Virus genome (UHGV): UHGV-0136485 | DNA from: a virus | DNA: 12,555 nt | Direction: 5' to 3' (one strand) | Part shown: piece by piece, positions 1-8,234 of the stretch | Numbering within the stretch: the stretch's first letter is position 1 | How the letters are laid out: every line of letters begins with the position of its first letter | Program-made: the position numbers and the translations under genes | Notes under the pieces: model-generated | Told to the model about the DNA's origin: nothing | Database searches by the model: none | What the model saw: the letters and a program-made list of their open reading frames with translations, nothing else

Positions 1-53
1 ACTCGTTAACGGGGGTACGGGAAGGGAAGTTTGCAGACAGGGGGATTGCATGA
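1..53 (+). CDS. 3' end of upstream gene (probably a replication initiation protein), partial
   Basis: Frame starting at position 3 is open to a TGA at 51-53, which overlaps the helicase ATG (ATGA at 50-53) in the coupling pattern seen throughout this operon. Too short to identify by sequence. Confidence 0.3.
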   Translation, partial: SLTGVREGKFADRGIA

Positions 54-1426
54 GACAGGATATCGAAGCGAGCGTTATCGGTGGCCTGCTGATTGGTGGA
101 TTAACACCAACCGCCAGCGACGTTCTGGCAACGCTGGAGCCGGAAGCGTTTTCAATTCCGCTCTACCGGAAAGCCTTCGAGGTTATCCGCAAGCAGGCGA
201 GAAACAGAAACCTAATCGACGCGCTGATGGTTGCCGAGGCGTGCGGAGAGGAGCATTTCACGTCAATCCTGATGACCAGCAAAAACTGCCCGAGTGCCGC
301 AAACCTGAAGGGATATGCCGGAATGGTCGCGGATAACTATCACCGCCGTCTGGTGCTGGAAATCATGGATGAAATGCGTGAACCAATCCAAAGCGGAACC
401 ATCGACGCATCGAGTCAGGCGATGGATGAGCTTGTAAAGCGTCTTTCAGCCATCAGAAAGCCCCGTGACGAGGTTAAACCTGTACGGTTAGGGGAAATCA
501 TCACCGACTACACTGACACGCTTGACAGGCGTCTGAGGAACGGAGAAGAGTCCGATACCCTGAAGACCGGAATCGAAGAACTTGATGCCATCACCGGAGG
601 GATGAACGCGGAAGACCTGGTGATAATCGCCGCTCGTCCTGGTATGGGTAAAACCGAACTGGCGCTGAAGATTGCCGAAGGCGTTGCAAGTCGTGTTATT
701 CCTGGTTCTGACATCCGGCGTGGAGTATTGATTTTCTCAATGGAAATGAGCGCATTACAGATTGCAGAGCGAAGCATTGCCAACGCCGGGAGGATGTCGG
801 TTAGCGTACTGCGAAATCCTGCATCGATGGATGACGAGGGCTGGGCGCGTGTTGCTAACGGCATGAGTCAGCTTGCAGATTTGGATGTATGGGTAGTCGA
901 TGCCTCGCGGTTATCGGTCGAAGAAATACGCTCAATCGCAGAACGGCACAAACAGGAAAATCCTAACCTGTCACTCATCATGGCGGATTATCTTGGCCTG
1001 ATTGAGAAGCCGAAAGCAGACCGCAACGACCTCGCAATTGCTCACATCTCCGGAAGCCTGAAGGCGATGGCGAAAGACCTGAAAACGCCCGTTATCTCCC
1101 TGAGTCAGCTTTCGCGCGATGTTGAGAAGCGACCAAACAAACGCCCGACAAACGCAGATTTGCGTGATTCAGGAAGCATTGAACAGGACGCAGACTCAAT
1201 CATCATGCTCTATCGGGAAGCTGTATATGACGAGAACAGTAGCGCCGCGCCATTTGCTGAAATCATTGTGACGAAAAACCGTTTTGGCTCACTTGGTACG
1301 GTTTACCAGCGGTTCTGCAACGGACACTTTGTTGCATGTGACCAGGATGAAGCCAGACAGATTTGCACAGCATCAAATGCACCTGCTGCGCGTGGCAGAC
1401 GATATGCACAAGGGGCTGACGTATGA
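50..1426 (+). CDS. DnaB-family replicative DNA helicase (phage P22 gene 12-like, 458 aa)
   Basis: Walker A ([12 protein letters not shown]) and DnaB-type motifs: [15 protein letters not shown] (Walker B region), [33 protein letters not shown]. Length fits phage DnaB-like helicases. Purine-rich stretch (CAGGGGGA) upstream of the ATG. Confidence 0.9.
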   Translation: MRQDIEASVIGGLLIGGLTPTASDVLATLEPEAFSIPLYRKAFEVIRKQARNRNLIDALMVAEACGEEHFTSILMTSKNCPSAANLKGYAGMVADNYHRRLVLEIMDEMREPIQSGTIDASSQAMDELVKRLSAIRKPRDEVKPVRLGEIITDYTDTLDRRLRNGEESDTLKTGIEELDAITGGMNAEDLVIIAARPGMGKTELALKIAEGVASRVIPGSDIRRGVLIFSMEMSALQIAERSIANAGRMSVSVLRNPASMDDEGWARVANGMSQLADLDVWVVDASRLSVEEIRSIAERHKQENPNLSLIMADYLGLIEKPKADRNDLAIAHISGSLKAMAKDLKTPVISLSQLSRDVEKRPNKRPTNADLRDSGSIEQDADSIIMLYREAVYDENSSAAPFAEIIVTKNRFGSLGTVYQRFCNGHFVACDQDEARQICTASNAPAARGRRYAQGADV

Positions 1427-1451
1427 CCATCTACATCACTGAGCTAATAAC

Positions 1452-1483
1452 AGGCCTGCTGGTAATCGCAGGCCTTTTTATTT
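1452..1483 (+). terminator. Rho-independent terminator (tR2-like) between helicase and ninB
   Basis: 8-bp perfect stem AGGCCTGC (1452-1459) / GCAGGCCT (1468-1475), 8-nt loop, followed by TTTTATTT. Confidence 0.6.
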
Positions 1484-1499
1484 GGGGGAGAGGGAAGTC

Positions 1500-1940
1500 A
1501 TGAAAAAACTAACCTTTGAAATTCGATCTCCAGCACATCAGCAAAACGCTATTCACGCAGTACAGCAAATTCTTCCAGACCCAACCAAACCAATCGTAGT
1601 AACCATTCAGGAACGCAACCGCAGCTTAGACCAAAACCGAAAGCTTTGGGCTTGCCTTGGTGACGTCTCTCGTCAGGTTGAATGGCATGGTCGCTGGCTG
1701 GATGCAGAAAGCTGGAAGTGTGTGTTTACCGCAGCATTAAAGCAGCAGGATGTTGTTCCTAACCTTGCCGGGAATGGCTTTGTGGTAATAGGCCAGTCAA
1801 CCAGCAGGATGCGTGTAGGCGAATTTGCGGAGCTATTAGAGCTTATACAGGCATTCGGTACAGAGCGTGGCGTTAAGTGGTCAGACGAAGCGAGACTGGC
1901 TCTGGAGTGGAAAGCGAGATGGGGAGATCGGGCAGCATGA
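1500..1940 (+). CDS. ninB: NinB recombination protein (lambda orf-146 family)
   Basis: Translation [28 protein letters not shown]... is recognised as near-identical to lambda NinB. ATG at 1500 is preceded by GGGGGAGAGGG; the upstream ATG at 1482 is less likely. Confidence 0.9.
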   Translation: MKKLTFEIRSPAHQQNAIHAVQQILPDPTKPIVVTIQERNRSLDQNRKLWACLGDVSRQVEWHGRWLDAESWKCVFTAALKQQDVVPNLAGNGFVVIGQSTSRMRVGEFAELLELIQAFGTERGVKWSDEARLALEWKARWGDRAA

Positions 1941-2110
1941 TGCGATGTTATCGGTGCGGTGAATGCAAAGAAGATAACCGCTTCCGACCAAATCAACCTT
2001 ACTGGAATCGATGGTGTCTCCGGTGTGAAAGAACACCAACATGGGTGTTACCACTACCGCAGGAAAAGGAGGACGTGTGGCGAGACAGCGACGAAGTATC
2101 ACCGACATAA
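1937..2110 (+). CDS. ninD: NinD (lambda orf-57 family), 57 aa, Cys-rich
   Basis: Start ATGATG overlaps the ninB stop. Product [16 protein letters not shown]... has two CxxC pairs and exactly 57 aa, as in lambda NinD. Confidence 0.8.
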   Translation: MMRCYRCGECKEDNRFRPNQPYWNRWCLRCERTPTWVLPLPQEKEDVWRDSDEVSPT

Positions 2111-2259
2111 TCTGTGAAAACTGCAAATACCTTCCAACGAAGCGCTCCAGAAATAAACGCAAGCCAATCCCAAAAGAATCTGACGTAAAAACCTTCAATT
2201 ACACGGCTCACCTGTGGGATATCCGGTGGCTTAGAGAACGTGCGAGGAAAACAAGGTGA
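2077..2259 (+). CDS. ninE: NinE (lambda orf-60 family), 60 aa
   Basis: GTG start at 2077 preceded by AAAGGAGGA. Product [27 protein letters not shown]... is 60 aa. The 34-nt overlap with ninD matches the lambda arrangement as I recall it. Confidence 0.75.
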   Translation: MARQRRSITDIICENCKYLPTKRSRNKRKPIPKESDVKTFNYTAHLWDIRWLRERARKTR

Positions 2260-2426
2260 TTGACCCAAATCGAAGTTACGAACAAGAAAGCGTCGAGCGG
2301 GCTTTAACTTGCGCTAACTGCGGTCAGAAGCTGCATATGCTGGAAGTTCACGTGTGCTCCGATTGCTGCGCAGAGCTGATGAGCGATCCGAATAGCTCAA
2401 TGTACGAGGAAGAAGACGATGAGTGA
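2256..2426 (+). CDS. ninF: NinF (lambda orf-56 family), 56 aa
   Basis: GTG start overlaps the ninE stop (GTGA). Product [56 protein letters not shown] is 56 aa and Cys-rich. Confidence 0.8.
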   Translation: MIDPNRSYEQESVERALTCANCGQKLHMLEVHVCSDCCAELMSDPNSSMYEEEDDE

Positions 2427-2688
2427 TTTCTCTGAGCTTATTTCCTTCAAAAAAGACAGAGAAGAAATGCGGACTGAATCTGTCTATTACGTTCAACACC
2501 GGAATAAACGCTCGGTGCTTGATCAGGAGCTGGTTATTACCGGAGACCTGGCATTCAGAACATATAAGGCCAGCATGGAAATGAAGGATTTCCCTAAATG
2601 TGGTTCTGAAAGAGAAGCCGCGTTAAAGCTGGCTGAGTGGATGCAGAGAATGGCTGCTGCAATTGAGAATTACTGGAGCGAACCATAA
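2419..2688 (+). CDS. Hypothetical 89-aa protein inserted between ninF and ninG
   Basis: ATG overlaps the ninF stop (ATGAGTGA) and its TAA overlaps the ninG ATG (TAATGG), so it is translationally coupled at both ends. I recognise no motif. Lambda has no gene at this position, as I recall. Confidence 0.6.
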   Translation: MSDFSELISFKKDREEMRTESVYYVQHRNKRSVLDQELVITGDLAFRTYKASMEMKDFPKCGSEREAALKLAEWMQRMAAAIENYWSEP

Positions 2689-3299
2689 TGGCTAAACAAG
2701 CGCGAAGACGATGTAAAAACGAAGAATGTCGGGAATGGTTTCATCCTGCATTCGCTAATCAGTGGTGGTGCTCTCCAGAGTGTGGAACCAAGATAGCACT
2801 CGAACGACGAAGTAAAGAACGCGAAAAAGCGGAAAAAGCAGCAGAGAAGAAACGACGACGAGAGGAGCAGAAACAGAAAGATAAACTTAAGATTCGAAAA
2901 CTCGCCTTAAAGCCCCGCAGTTACTGGATTAAACAAGCCCAACAAGCCGTAAACGCCTTCATCAGAGAAAGAGACCGCGACTTACCATGTATCTCGTGCG
3001 GAACGCTCACGTCTGCTCAGTGGGATGCCGGACATTACCGGACAACTGCTGCGGCACCTCAACTCCGATTTGATGAACGCAATATTCACAAGCAATGCGT
3101 GGTGTGCAACCAGCACAAAAGCGGAAACCTCGTTCCGTATCGCGTCGAACTGATTAGCCGTATCGGGCAGGAAGCAGTAGACGAAATCGAATCAAACCAT
3201 AGCCGCCATCGCTGGACTGTCGAAGAGTGCAGGGCCATCAAGGCGGAGTATCAGCAGAAACTCAAAGACCTGCGAAACAGCAGAAGTGAGGCCGCATGA
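2688..3299 (+). CDS. ninG: NinG / Rap recombination-associated protein (lambda orf-204 family)
   Basis: 203 aa, Cys-rich N-terminus ([12 protein letters not shown]...CSPECG), Lys/Arg/Glu-rich linker and C-terminal CISCG...[11 protein letters not shown] motif. Recognised as lambda NinG-like. Confidence 0.9.
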   Translation: MAKQARRRCKNEECREWFHPAFANQWWCSPECGTKIALERRSKEREKAEKAAEKKRRREEQKQKDKLKIRKLALKPRSYWIKQAQQAVNAFIRERDRDLPCISCGTLTSAQWDAGHYRTTAAAPQLRFDERNIHKQCVVCNQHKSGNLVPYRVELISRIGQEAVDEIESNHSRHRWTVEECRAIKAEYQQKLKDLRNSRSEAA

Positions 3300-3502
3300 C
3301 GTTCTCAGTAAAAACCATTCCAGACATGCTCGTTGAAGCATATGGAAACCAGACAGAAGTAGCACGCAAACTGAAATGTAGTCGCGGTACGGTCAGAAAA
3401 TACGTTGATGATAAAGACGGGAAAATGCACGCCATCGTCAACGACGTTCTCATGGTTCATCGCGGATGGAGTGAAAGAGATGCGCTATTACGAAAGAATT
3501 GA
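3296..3502 (+). CDS. ninH: NinH (lambda orf-68 family), 68 aa
   Basis: ATGA overlap with the ninG stop. The 68-aa product [37 protein letters not shown] contains a helix-turn-helix-like segment. Confidence 0.85.
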   Translation: MTFSVKTIPDMLVEAYGNQTEVARKLKCSRGTVRKYVDDKDGKMHAIVNDVLMVHRGWSERDALLRKN

Positions 3503-4145
3503 TGGCAGCAAATACCGAAATATTTGGGTAGTTGGCGATCTGCACGGATGCTACACGAACCTGATGAAAAAACTGGAGACGATAGGATTCGACACCAAAA
3601 AAGACCTGCTTATCTCGGTTGGCGATTTGGTTGATCGTGGTGCAGAGAACGTTGAATGCCTGGAATTAATCACATTCCCCTGGTTCAGAGCTGTACGTGG
3701 AAACCATGAGCAAATGATGATTGATGGCTTATCAGAGCGCGGAAACGTCAATCACTGGCTGCTTAATGGCGGTGGCTGGTTCTTTAATCTCGATTACGAC
3801 AAAGAAATTCTGGCTAAAGCTCTTGCCCATAAAGCAGAAGAACTTCCGTTAATCATCGAACTGGTGAGCAAAGGTAAAAAATATGTCATCTGCCACGCCG
3901 ATTATCCCTGTGACGAATACGAGTTTGGAAAGCCAGTTGATCATCAGCAGGTAATCTGGAACCGCGAACGAATCAGCAACTCACAAGACGGGATCGTGAA
4001 AAAAATCAAAGGCGCGGACACGTTTATCTTTGGTCATACGCCAGCAGTGAAACCACTTAAATTTGCCAACCAAATGTATATCGATACCGGCGCAGTGTTC
4101 TGCGGAAACCTCACATTGATTCAGGTACAGGGAGAAGGCGCATGA
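3480..4145 (+). CDS. ninI: Ser/Thr protein phosphatase NinI (lambda PPase, orf-221 family)
   Basis: Calcineurin-like metallophosphatase motifs GDLHGC, GDLVDRG and GNHE. 221 aa from the ATG at 3480 ([12 protein letters not shown]...). The 23-nt overlap with ninH matches lambda. The longer ORF from 3405 is treated as an upstream extension artefact. Confidence 0.9.
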   Translation: MRYYERIDGSKYRNIWVVGDLHGCYTNLMKKLETIGFDTKKDLLISVGDLVDRGAENVECLELITFPWFRAVRGNHEQMMIDGLSERGNVNHWLLNGGGWFFNLDYDKEILAKALAHKAEELPLIIELVSKGKKYVICHADYPCDEYEFGKPVDHQQVIWNRERISNSQDGIVKKIKGADTFIFGHTPAVKPLKFANQMYIDTGAVFCGNLTLIQVQGEGA

Positions 4146-4765
4146 GACTCGAAAGCGTAGCTAAATTTCATTCGCCAAAAAGCCCGATGATGAGCGACTC
4201 ACCACGGGCTACGGCTTCCGACTCTCTTTCCGGTACTGATGTGATGGCTGCTATGGGGATGGCGCAATCACAAGCCGGATTCGGAATGGCTGCATTCTGC
4301 GGTAAGCATGAACTCAGCCAGAACGACAAACAAAAGGCTATCAACTATCTGATGCAATTTGCACACAAGGTATCGGGGAAATACCGTGGTGTGGCAAAGC
4401 TTGAAGGAAATACTAAGGCAAAGGTACTGCAAGTGCTCGCAACATTCGCTTATGCGGATTATTGCCGTAGTGCCGCGACGCCGGGGGCAAGATGCAGAGA
4501 TTGCCACGGTACAGGCCGTGCGGTTGATATAGCCAAAACGGAGCAGTGGGGGAGAGTTGTTGAGAAAGAGTGCGGAAGATGCAAAGGTGTCGGCTATTCA
4601 AGAATGCCAGCAAGCGCCGCATATCGCGCTGTAACGATGCTAATCCCAAACCTTACTCAACCCACCTGGTCACGCACTGTTAAGCCGCTGTATGACGCTC
4701 TGGTGGTGCAATGCCACAAAGAAGAGTCAATCGCAGACAACATTTTGAATGCGGTCACACGTTAG
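4142..4765 (+). CDS. Q: Late-gene antiterminator Q (lambda-type)
   Basis: 207 aa, recognised as essentially lambda Q, with the zinc-binding cluster CRDCHGTG...CGRCKG. ATGA overlap with the ninI stop. Confidence 0.95.
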   Translation: MRLESVAKFHSPKSPMMSDSPRATASDSLSGTDVMAAMGMAQSQAGFGMAAFCGKHELSQNDKQKAINYLMQFAHKVSGKYRGVAKLEGNTKAKVLQVLATFAYADYCRSAATPGARCRDCHGTGRAVDIAKTEQWGRVVEKECGRCKGVGYSRMPASAAYRAVTMLIPNLTQPTWSRTVKPLYDALVVQCHKEESIADNILNAVTR

Positions 4766-4807
4766 CAGCATGATTTCCACGGATGGCAACATATTAACGG
4801 CATGATA

Positions 4808-4850
4808 TTGACTTTTTGAATAAAGTTGGGTAAATTTGACTCAACGATGG
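4808..4850 (+). promoter_or_regulatory. pR' late promoter with overlapping qut (Q-utilisation) region
   Basis: -35 TTGACT (4808-4813), 17-bp spacer, -10 TAAATT (4831-4836), predicted +1 near 4844 (ACGATGG...). The arrangement is recognised from lambda pR'/qut. Confidence 0.6.
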
Positions 4851-4871
4851 ATAAATGCACTCGTTAAATAA

Positions 4872-4908
4872 AGCCCTGAGTTAATAGCTCGGGGCTTTTT
4901 GCGTTTTA
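4872..4908 (+). terminator. tR'-like intrinsic terminator ending a short (~60-nt) pR' leader transcript
   Basis: Stem AGCCCTGAG (4872-4880) / CTCGGGGCT (4888-4896) with one G-U pair, 7-nt loop, then TTTTTGCGTTTT. Confidence 0.6.
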
Positions 4909-5198
4909 ATCACGACCTTTCTGAAAGCACATCAAACCAAATACCAGACAGACAAAAATAATCACCTTATCCGCTGTGGCTACGGTGCGGTGTGCTTTGC
5001 ATAAAAGAAAACCAGCGCAATGGCTGGCTTCGTGAAAGCGGGTGGCATGAGGTTGCCCTAACAACCTCCTGCCGTTTTGCCCGTGCATATCGGTCACGAA
5101 CAAATCTGATTACTAAACACAGTAGCCTGGATTTGTTCTATCAGTAATCGACCTTATTCCTAATTAAATAGAGCAAATCCCCTTATTGGGGGTAAGAC

Positions 5199-5522
5199 AT
5201 GAAGATGCCAGAAAAAAATGACCTGTTAGCCGCCATTCTCGCGGCAAAGGAACAAGGCATCGGGGCAATCCTTGCGTTTGCAATGGCGTACCTTCGCGGC
5301 AGATATAATGGCGGTGCGTTTACAAAAACAGTAATCGACGCAACGATGTGCGCCATTATCGCCTGGTTCATTCGTGACCTTCTCGACTTCGCCGGACTAA
5401 GTAGCAATCTCGCTTATATAACGAGCGTGTTCATCGGCTACATCGGTACTGACTCGATTGGTTCGCTTATCAAACGCTTCGCTGCTAAAAAAGCCGGAGT
5501 AGAAGATGGTGGGAATCAATAA
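5199..5522 (+). CDS. S: Holin/antiholin S (class I holin, dual-start motif)
   Basis: MKMPEK dual start (ATG at 5199 for S107 and at 5205 for S105), hydrophobic transmembrane segments and charged C-terminus. Recognised as lambda S-like. The upstream region 5029-5198 matches the lambda S leader from memory. Confidence 0.95.
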   Translation: MKMPEKNDLLAAILAAKEQGIGAILAFAMAYLRGRYNGGAFTKTVIDATMCAIIAWFIRDLLDFAGLSSNLAYITSVFIGYIGTDSIGSLIKRFAAKKAGVEDGGNQ

Positions 5523-5982
5523 TCAACGTAAGGCGTTCCTCGATATGCTGGCATGGTCAGAGGGAACTGATAACGGACGTCAGAAAACCAGAAATCATGG
5601 TTATGACGTCATTGTGGGAGGAGAGCTATTCACTGATTACTCCGATCACCCTCGCAAGCTTGTCACGCTAAACCCGAAACTCAAATCAACAGCCGCCGGA
5701 CGCTACCAGCTTCTTTCCCGTTGGTGGGATGCCTATCGTAAGCAGCTTGGCCTGAAAGACTTCTCTCCGAAAAGCCAGGATGCGGTGGCGCTGCAGCAGA
5801 TTAAGGAACGTGGCGCTTTACCGATGATTGATCGCGGTGATATTCGTCAGGCAATTGACCGTTGCAGCAATATTTGGGCTTCATTGCCCGGTGCTGGCTA
5901 CGGTCAGTATGAACACAAGATCGATAGTCTGATTGCCAAATTCAAAGAAGCTGGCGGGGTGGTTAATGAAACTTCGCTATAA
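5506..5982 (+). CDS. R: Endolysin R (lytic transglycosylase)
   Basis: 158 aa. Start overlaps the 3' end of S. Sequence ([18 protein letters not shown]...[13 protein letters not shown]) recognised as lambda R-like. Confidence 0.95.
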   Translation: MVGINNQRKAFLDMLAWSEGTDNGRQKTRNHGYDVIVGGELFTDYSDHPRKLVTLNPKLKSTAAGRYQLLSRWWDAYRKQLGLKDFSPKSQDAVALQQIKERGALPMIDRGDIRQAIDRCSNIWASLPGAGYGQYEHKIDSLIAKFKEAGGVVNETSL

Positions 5983-6427
5983 GCTGGTTATTTCTGCTTT
6001 CCTCCTGACTTTATTCGGTTCTCTCGTCTGGTCAGCTAATCATTACCACAATAAAGCCATTGAATACAAAAAACAGCGCGACGAAAACGCTATGGCATTA
6101 GATTCGGCTATGGCGACGATCTCTGATATGCAGAAGCGTCAACGTGACGTAGCAGAACTCGATGCCAGATATACAAAGGAGCTTGCTGATGCTAACGCGA
6201 CTATCGAAAGTCTCCGTGCTGATGTTTCTGCTGGTCGTAAGCGCCTGCAAGTCGCCGCCACCTGTGCAAAGTCAACGACCGGAGCCAGCAGCATGGGCGA
6301 TGGAGAAAGCCCAAGACTTACAGCAGATGCTGAACTCAATTATTACCGTCTCCGAAGTGGAATCGACAGGATAACCGCGCAGGTTAACTACCTGCAGGAG
6401 TACATCAGGACTCAGTGCCTGAAATAA
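5966..6427 (+). CDS. Rz: Spanin inner-membrane subunit Rz (i-spanin)
   Basis: ATG at 5966 overlaps the end of R. N-terminal transmembrane segment (LVISAFLLTLFGSLVW), then a coiled-coil-like periplasmic domain. 153 aa as in lambda Rz, but clearly diverged from it. Confidence 0.85.
   Translation: MKLRYKLVISAFLLTLFGSLVWSANHYHNKAIEYKKQRDENAMALDSAMATISDMQKRQRDVAELDARYTKELADANATIESLRADVSAGRKRLQVAATCAKSTTGASSMGDGESPRLTADAELNYYRLRSGIDRITAQVNYLQEYIRTQCLK
6189..6374 (+). CDS. Rz1: Spanin outer-membrane lipoprotein subunit Rz1 (o-spanin), embedded in Rz in the +1 frame
   Basis: 61-aa product MLTRLSKVSVLMFLLVVSAC-KSPPPVQSQRPEP...: signal peptide with lipobox (VVSAC) and a Pro-rich mature part. Lies wholly inside Rz, as Rz1 does in lambda. 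Confidence 0.7.
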   Translation: MLTRLSKVSVLMFLLVVSACKSPPPVQSQRPEPAAWAMEKAQDLQQMLNSIITVSEVESTG

Positions 6428-6458
6428 TTTTTTTGCAAATCACAAAGTCAATTTAATG

Positions 6459-6485
6459 AGCCTCGCGAAAAGCGGGGCTTTTTTA
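6459..6485 (+). terminator. Rho-independent terminator downstream of the lysis cassette
   Basis: Stem AGCCTCGC (6459-6466) / GCGGGGCT (6472-6479) with one U-G pair, GAAAA loop, then TTTTTT. Confidence 0.65.
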
Positions 6486-6627
6486 TGTCCGCAGTAAACG
6501 CGCATCTCACGCGCATATTAACGAGAGCCTTTCAGTAAGCGAGCCTGAGAAATGCCGTTATAGGTGGCGACCTCTCTCGGGCGGCTTTTCTGTGAGACAG
6601 GCTCACTTTCTAAAAGGTAAAGACGCT

Positions 6628-7125
6628 ATGAAAGCAATCACGCTTTTTAATACACCGATCCGTGTTGATGAATCAGGAATGATCTGCCTCACTGATATGT
6701 GGAAAGCCAGTGGTAAAAGTGAATCTGAATCTCCGTACCACTACCTGCGAAACAAGCAGACCAAAGAGTTCTTAGCCGAGCTGGAGAAAAACCACGAATC
6801 TGTGGTTTTTACTGAGCGCGGTGTACACGGTGGAACATATGGCGGGAAGTTTGTTGCTTACGATTATGCGGCTTGGTTAAACCCCGGGTTCAAGTACGCG
6901 GCCTATAAAGTCCTCGATGACTACTTCACCGGAGAACTTCAGCATCGCAACAGCTTAAGTGCGCAGCTCAACATGAAATGTCATGAGTTTGACCAGAAGA
7001 AAGACATGGCGAGCTTCTGCGGACAAGGGCTGGCAGCATGGCGCTATACGAAGCCAGTGTTGGTCGCTGAGATTAACTCCCTGGCTAACCAGCTGCAGAT
7101 TACGATCCCCGGGCTTCCGGGATGA
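6628..7125 (+). CDS. KilA-N (APSES-type) domain DNA-binding protein, 165 aa
   Basis: N-terminus ITLFNTPIRVDESGMICLTDMWKASGKS...YLRNKQTKEFLAELEK resembles KilA-N/Bro-N-type phage DNA-binding domains. This is pattern recognition, not a search result. ATG 6628 is preferred over the GTG at 6592, which has no RBS. Confidence 0.6.
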   Translation: MKAITLFNTPIRVDESGMICLTDMWKASGKSESESPYHYLRNKQTKEFLAELEKNHESVVFTERGVHGGTYGGKFVAYDYAAWLNPGFKYAAYKVLDDYFTGELQHRNSLSAQLNMKCHEFDQKKDMASFCGQGLAAWRYTKPVLVAEINSLANQLQITIPGLPG

Positions 7126-7379
7126 GTGATCGTGTTATTGAATGCGCCTCCAGAGCGGGGCGCGACTTCTCAGAGTTCATGAAAGGCGAGAAGGGCATGA
7201 TGGAAGCATTGGCCTCGGTGGATGAGTTTGGCGAGCAGCTGCGCCTCAACGGCTGTGTCAATCATCACTTTGTTAGCTACATGATGCGTAACTCGATCAT
7301 GCAGGCATTCATGGACATGGCAAAAGCCGAGAGGAAAGAAGAGCGCCGGCGTAAGCGAGCGGAAGCAAAAGCGAAGTAG
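7122..7379 (+). CDS. Hypothetical 85-aa protein with a basic C-terminal tail, coupled to the KilA-N gene
   Basis: ATGA overlap with the upstream stop. C-terminus AKAERKEERRRKRAEAKAK is highly charged. No motif recognised. Confidence 0.55.
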   Translation: MSDRVIECASRAGRDFSEFMKGEKGMMEALASVDEFGEQLRLNGCVNHHFVSYMMRNSIMQAFMDMAKAERKEERRRKRAEAKAK

Positions 7380-7735
7380 CCATTACAAAGCCCATCTACT
7401 GGTGGGCTTGATAATGAAACCGTGATTTACATCCCTCACAATCCAGGTATGTAAAAGCTGGATCATGCGAGAACGGATTTAACTAAATCTGTGCGCCACC
7501 AGTTAACGGCAGTACAGCGAAACAACCCAAGCCAGTAAGTGGGGAAATAACACTGGCAGCCACTGAAAGATGAACCTCCTGCCTTATGGCAAAAAAGATT
7601 CTTTGTGGTGGCGGACTGATGGAAAGACATCGGTTATTGCAGAGGCCATTCAATGAGTGGTCTCGACAATGGCTTATACCCTACACGGGATAACTTAACT
7701 GATATCCCTTTTAACGGATAAACGGAGCACAAATA

Positions 7736-8233
7736 ATGGCAAAGCTCACCGACAAACAAGAGCTGTTTGCCCATCCGGATGATGTGTATGTCGGAGAGTG
7801 TGTGATTTATACCGGCTACATAAATAAGCGAGGGTATGGGCAGAAGCACATTTCACGAAAGCCGCACTACGCACATCGAATCGCATACTGCGAAGCTAAC
7901 GGAATTTCGCTAGATAGCATCAAGGGCCTGGTTGTTAGGCATAAATGCGATAATCCATCATGCGTGAATCCTGACCATCTGATTATAGGTACTGTCGCTG
8001 ACAATAATCGTGACAGGTCAAGGCGAGGCAGAAACTCATACCCTGACCGTTCAGGTGAAAAGAACGGAATGGCGAAATTAAAAGAGTGCGATGTCATCTG
8101 CATTCGCCTCGAGTATGTGCGCGGGAGTGTAGGTAATGGGCTTAGGTCTTTAGCAAAGAGATATGGCGTATCCACTACCATGATTGCTGACATCGTTAAT
8201 CATAGAAATTGGAGCAATGTTTCGGAGGTGTGA
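7736..8233 (+). CDS. HNH endonuclease (HNH_3-type) with a C-terminal helix-turn-helix-like region
   Basis: Motifs HYAHRIAY...VVRHKCDNPSCVNPDHLIIGTVADNNRD are typical of phage HNH nucleases. GGAG lies 9 nt upstream of the ATG. Sits immediately upstream of the terminase genes. Confidence 0.85.
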   Translation: MAKLTDKQELFAHPDDVYVGECVIYTGYINKRGYGQKHISRKPHYAHRIAYCEANGISLDSIKGLVVRHKCDNPSCVNPDHLIIGTVADNNRDRSRRGRNSYPDRSGEKNGMAKLKECDVICIRLEYVRGSVGNGLRSLAKRYGVSTTMIADIVNHRNWSNVSEV

Positions 8234-8234
8234 T

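Noticed and set aside
31-336. Plus-strand ORF of 101 aa overlapping the helicase 5' end in another frame
   Set aside because: It overlaps the DnaB-like gene out of frame, and the product is Arg/Gly-rich low-complexity sequence. The true upstream gene more likely ends at 53 in the other frame.
508-2268. Minus-strand ORFs 508-864, 1673-1996, 1881-2198 and 1999-2268, each 89-118 aa
   Set aside because: They lie antisense within the helicase and ninB/D/E genes, which are conserved and translationally coupled on the + strand. They have no RBS and are best explained as chance open frames.
5044-5081. 12-bp hairpin (GGCATGAGGTTG / CAACCTCCTGCC, one mismatch) plus GTTTTGCC upstream of S
   Set aside because: It sits in the stretch that matches the lambda late leader from memory, so it is probably a conserved leader structure and not a novel element.
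4906-5103. Minus-strand 65-aa ORF in the Q-S intergenic region
   Set aside because: It starts at TTG with no RBS and runs antisense through the S leader and terminator-like structures. There is no support beyond being open.
4766-5198. Possible tRNA genes or toxin cargo between Q and S, as in Stx phages
   Set aside because: The interval is only 433 bp. I found no cloverleaf or T-loop (GTTCGA-type) signature and no ORF; the promoter, terminator and S leader account for it.
7570-7656. 28-codon ORF (MNLLPYGKKDSLWWRTDGKTSVIAEAIQ) inside the 356-bp spacer
   Set aside because: It is very short, has a weak RBS and no recognisable features. It is noted only because the spacer otherwise lacks ORFs.
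7634-7849. Minus-strand 71-aa ORF overlapping the HNH gene start
   Set aside because: It is antisense to a well-supported HNH gene and its RBS, and has no independent support.
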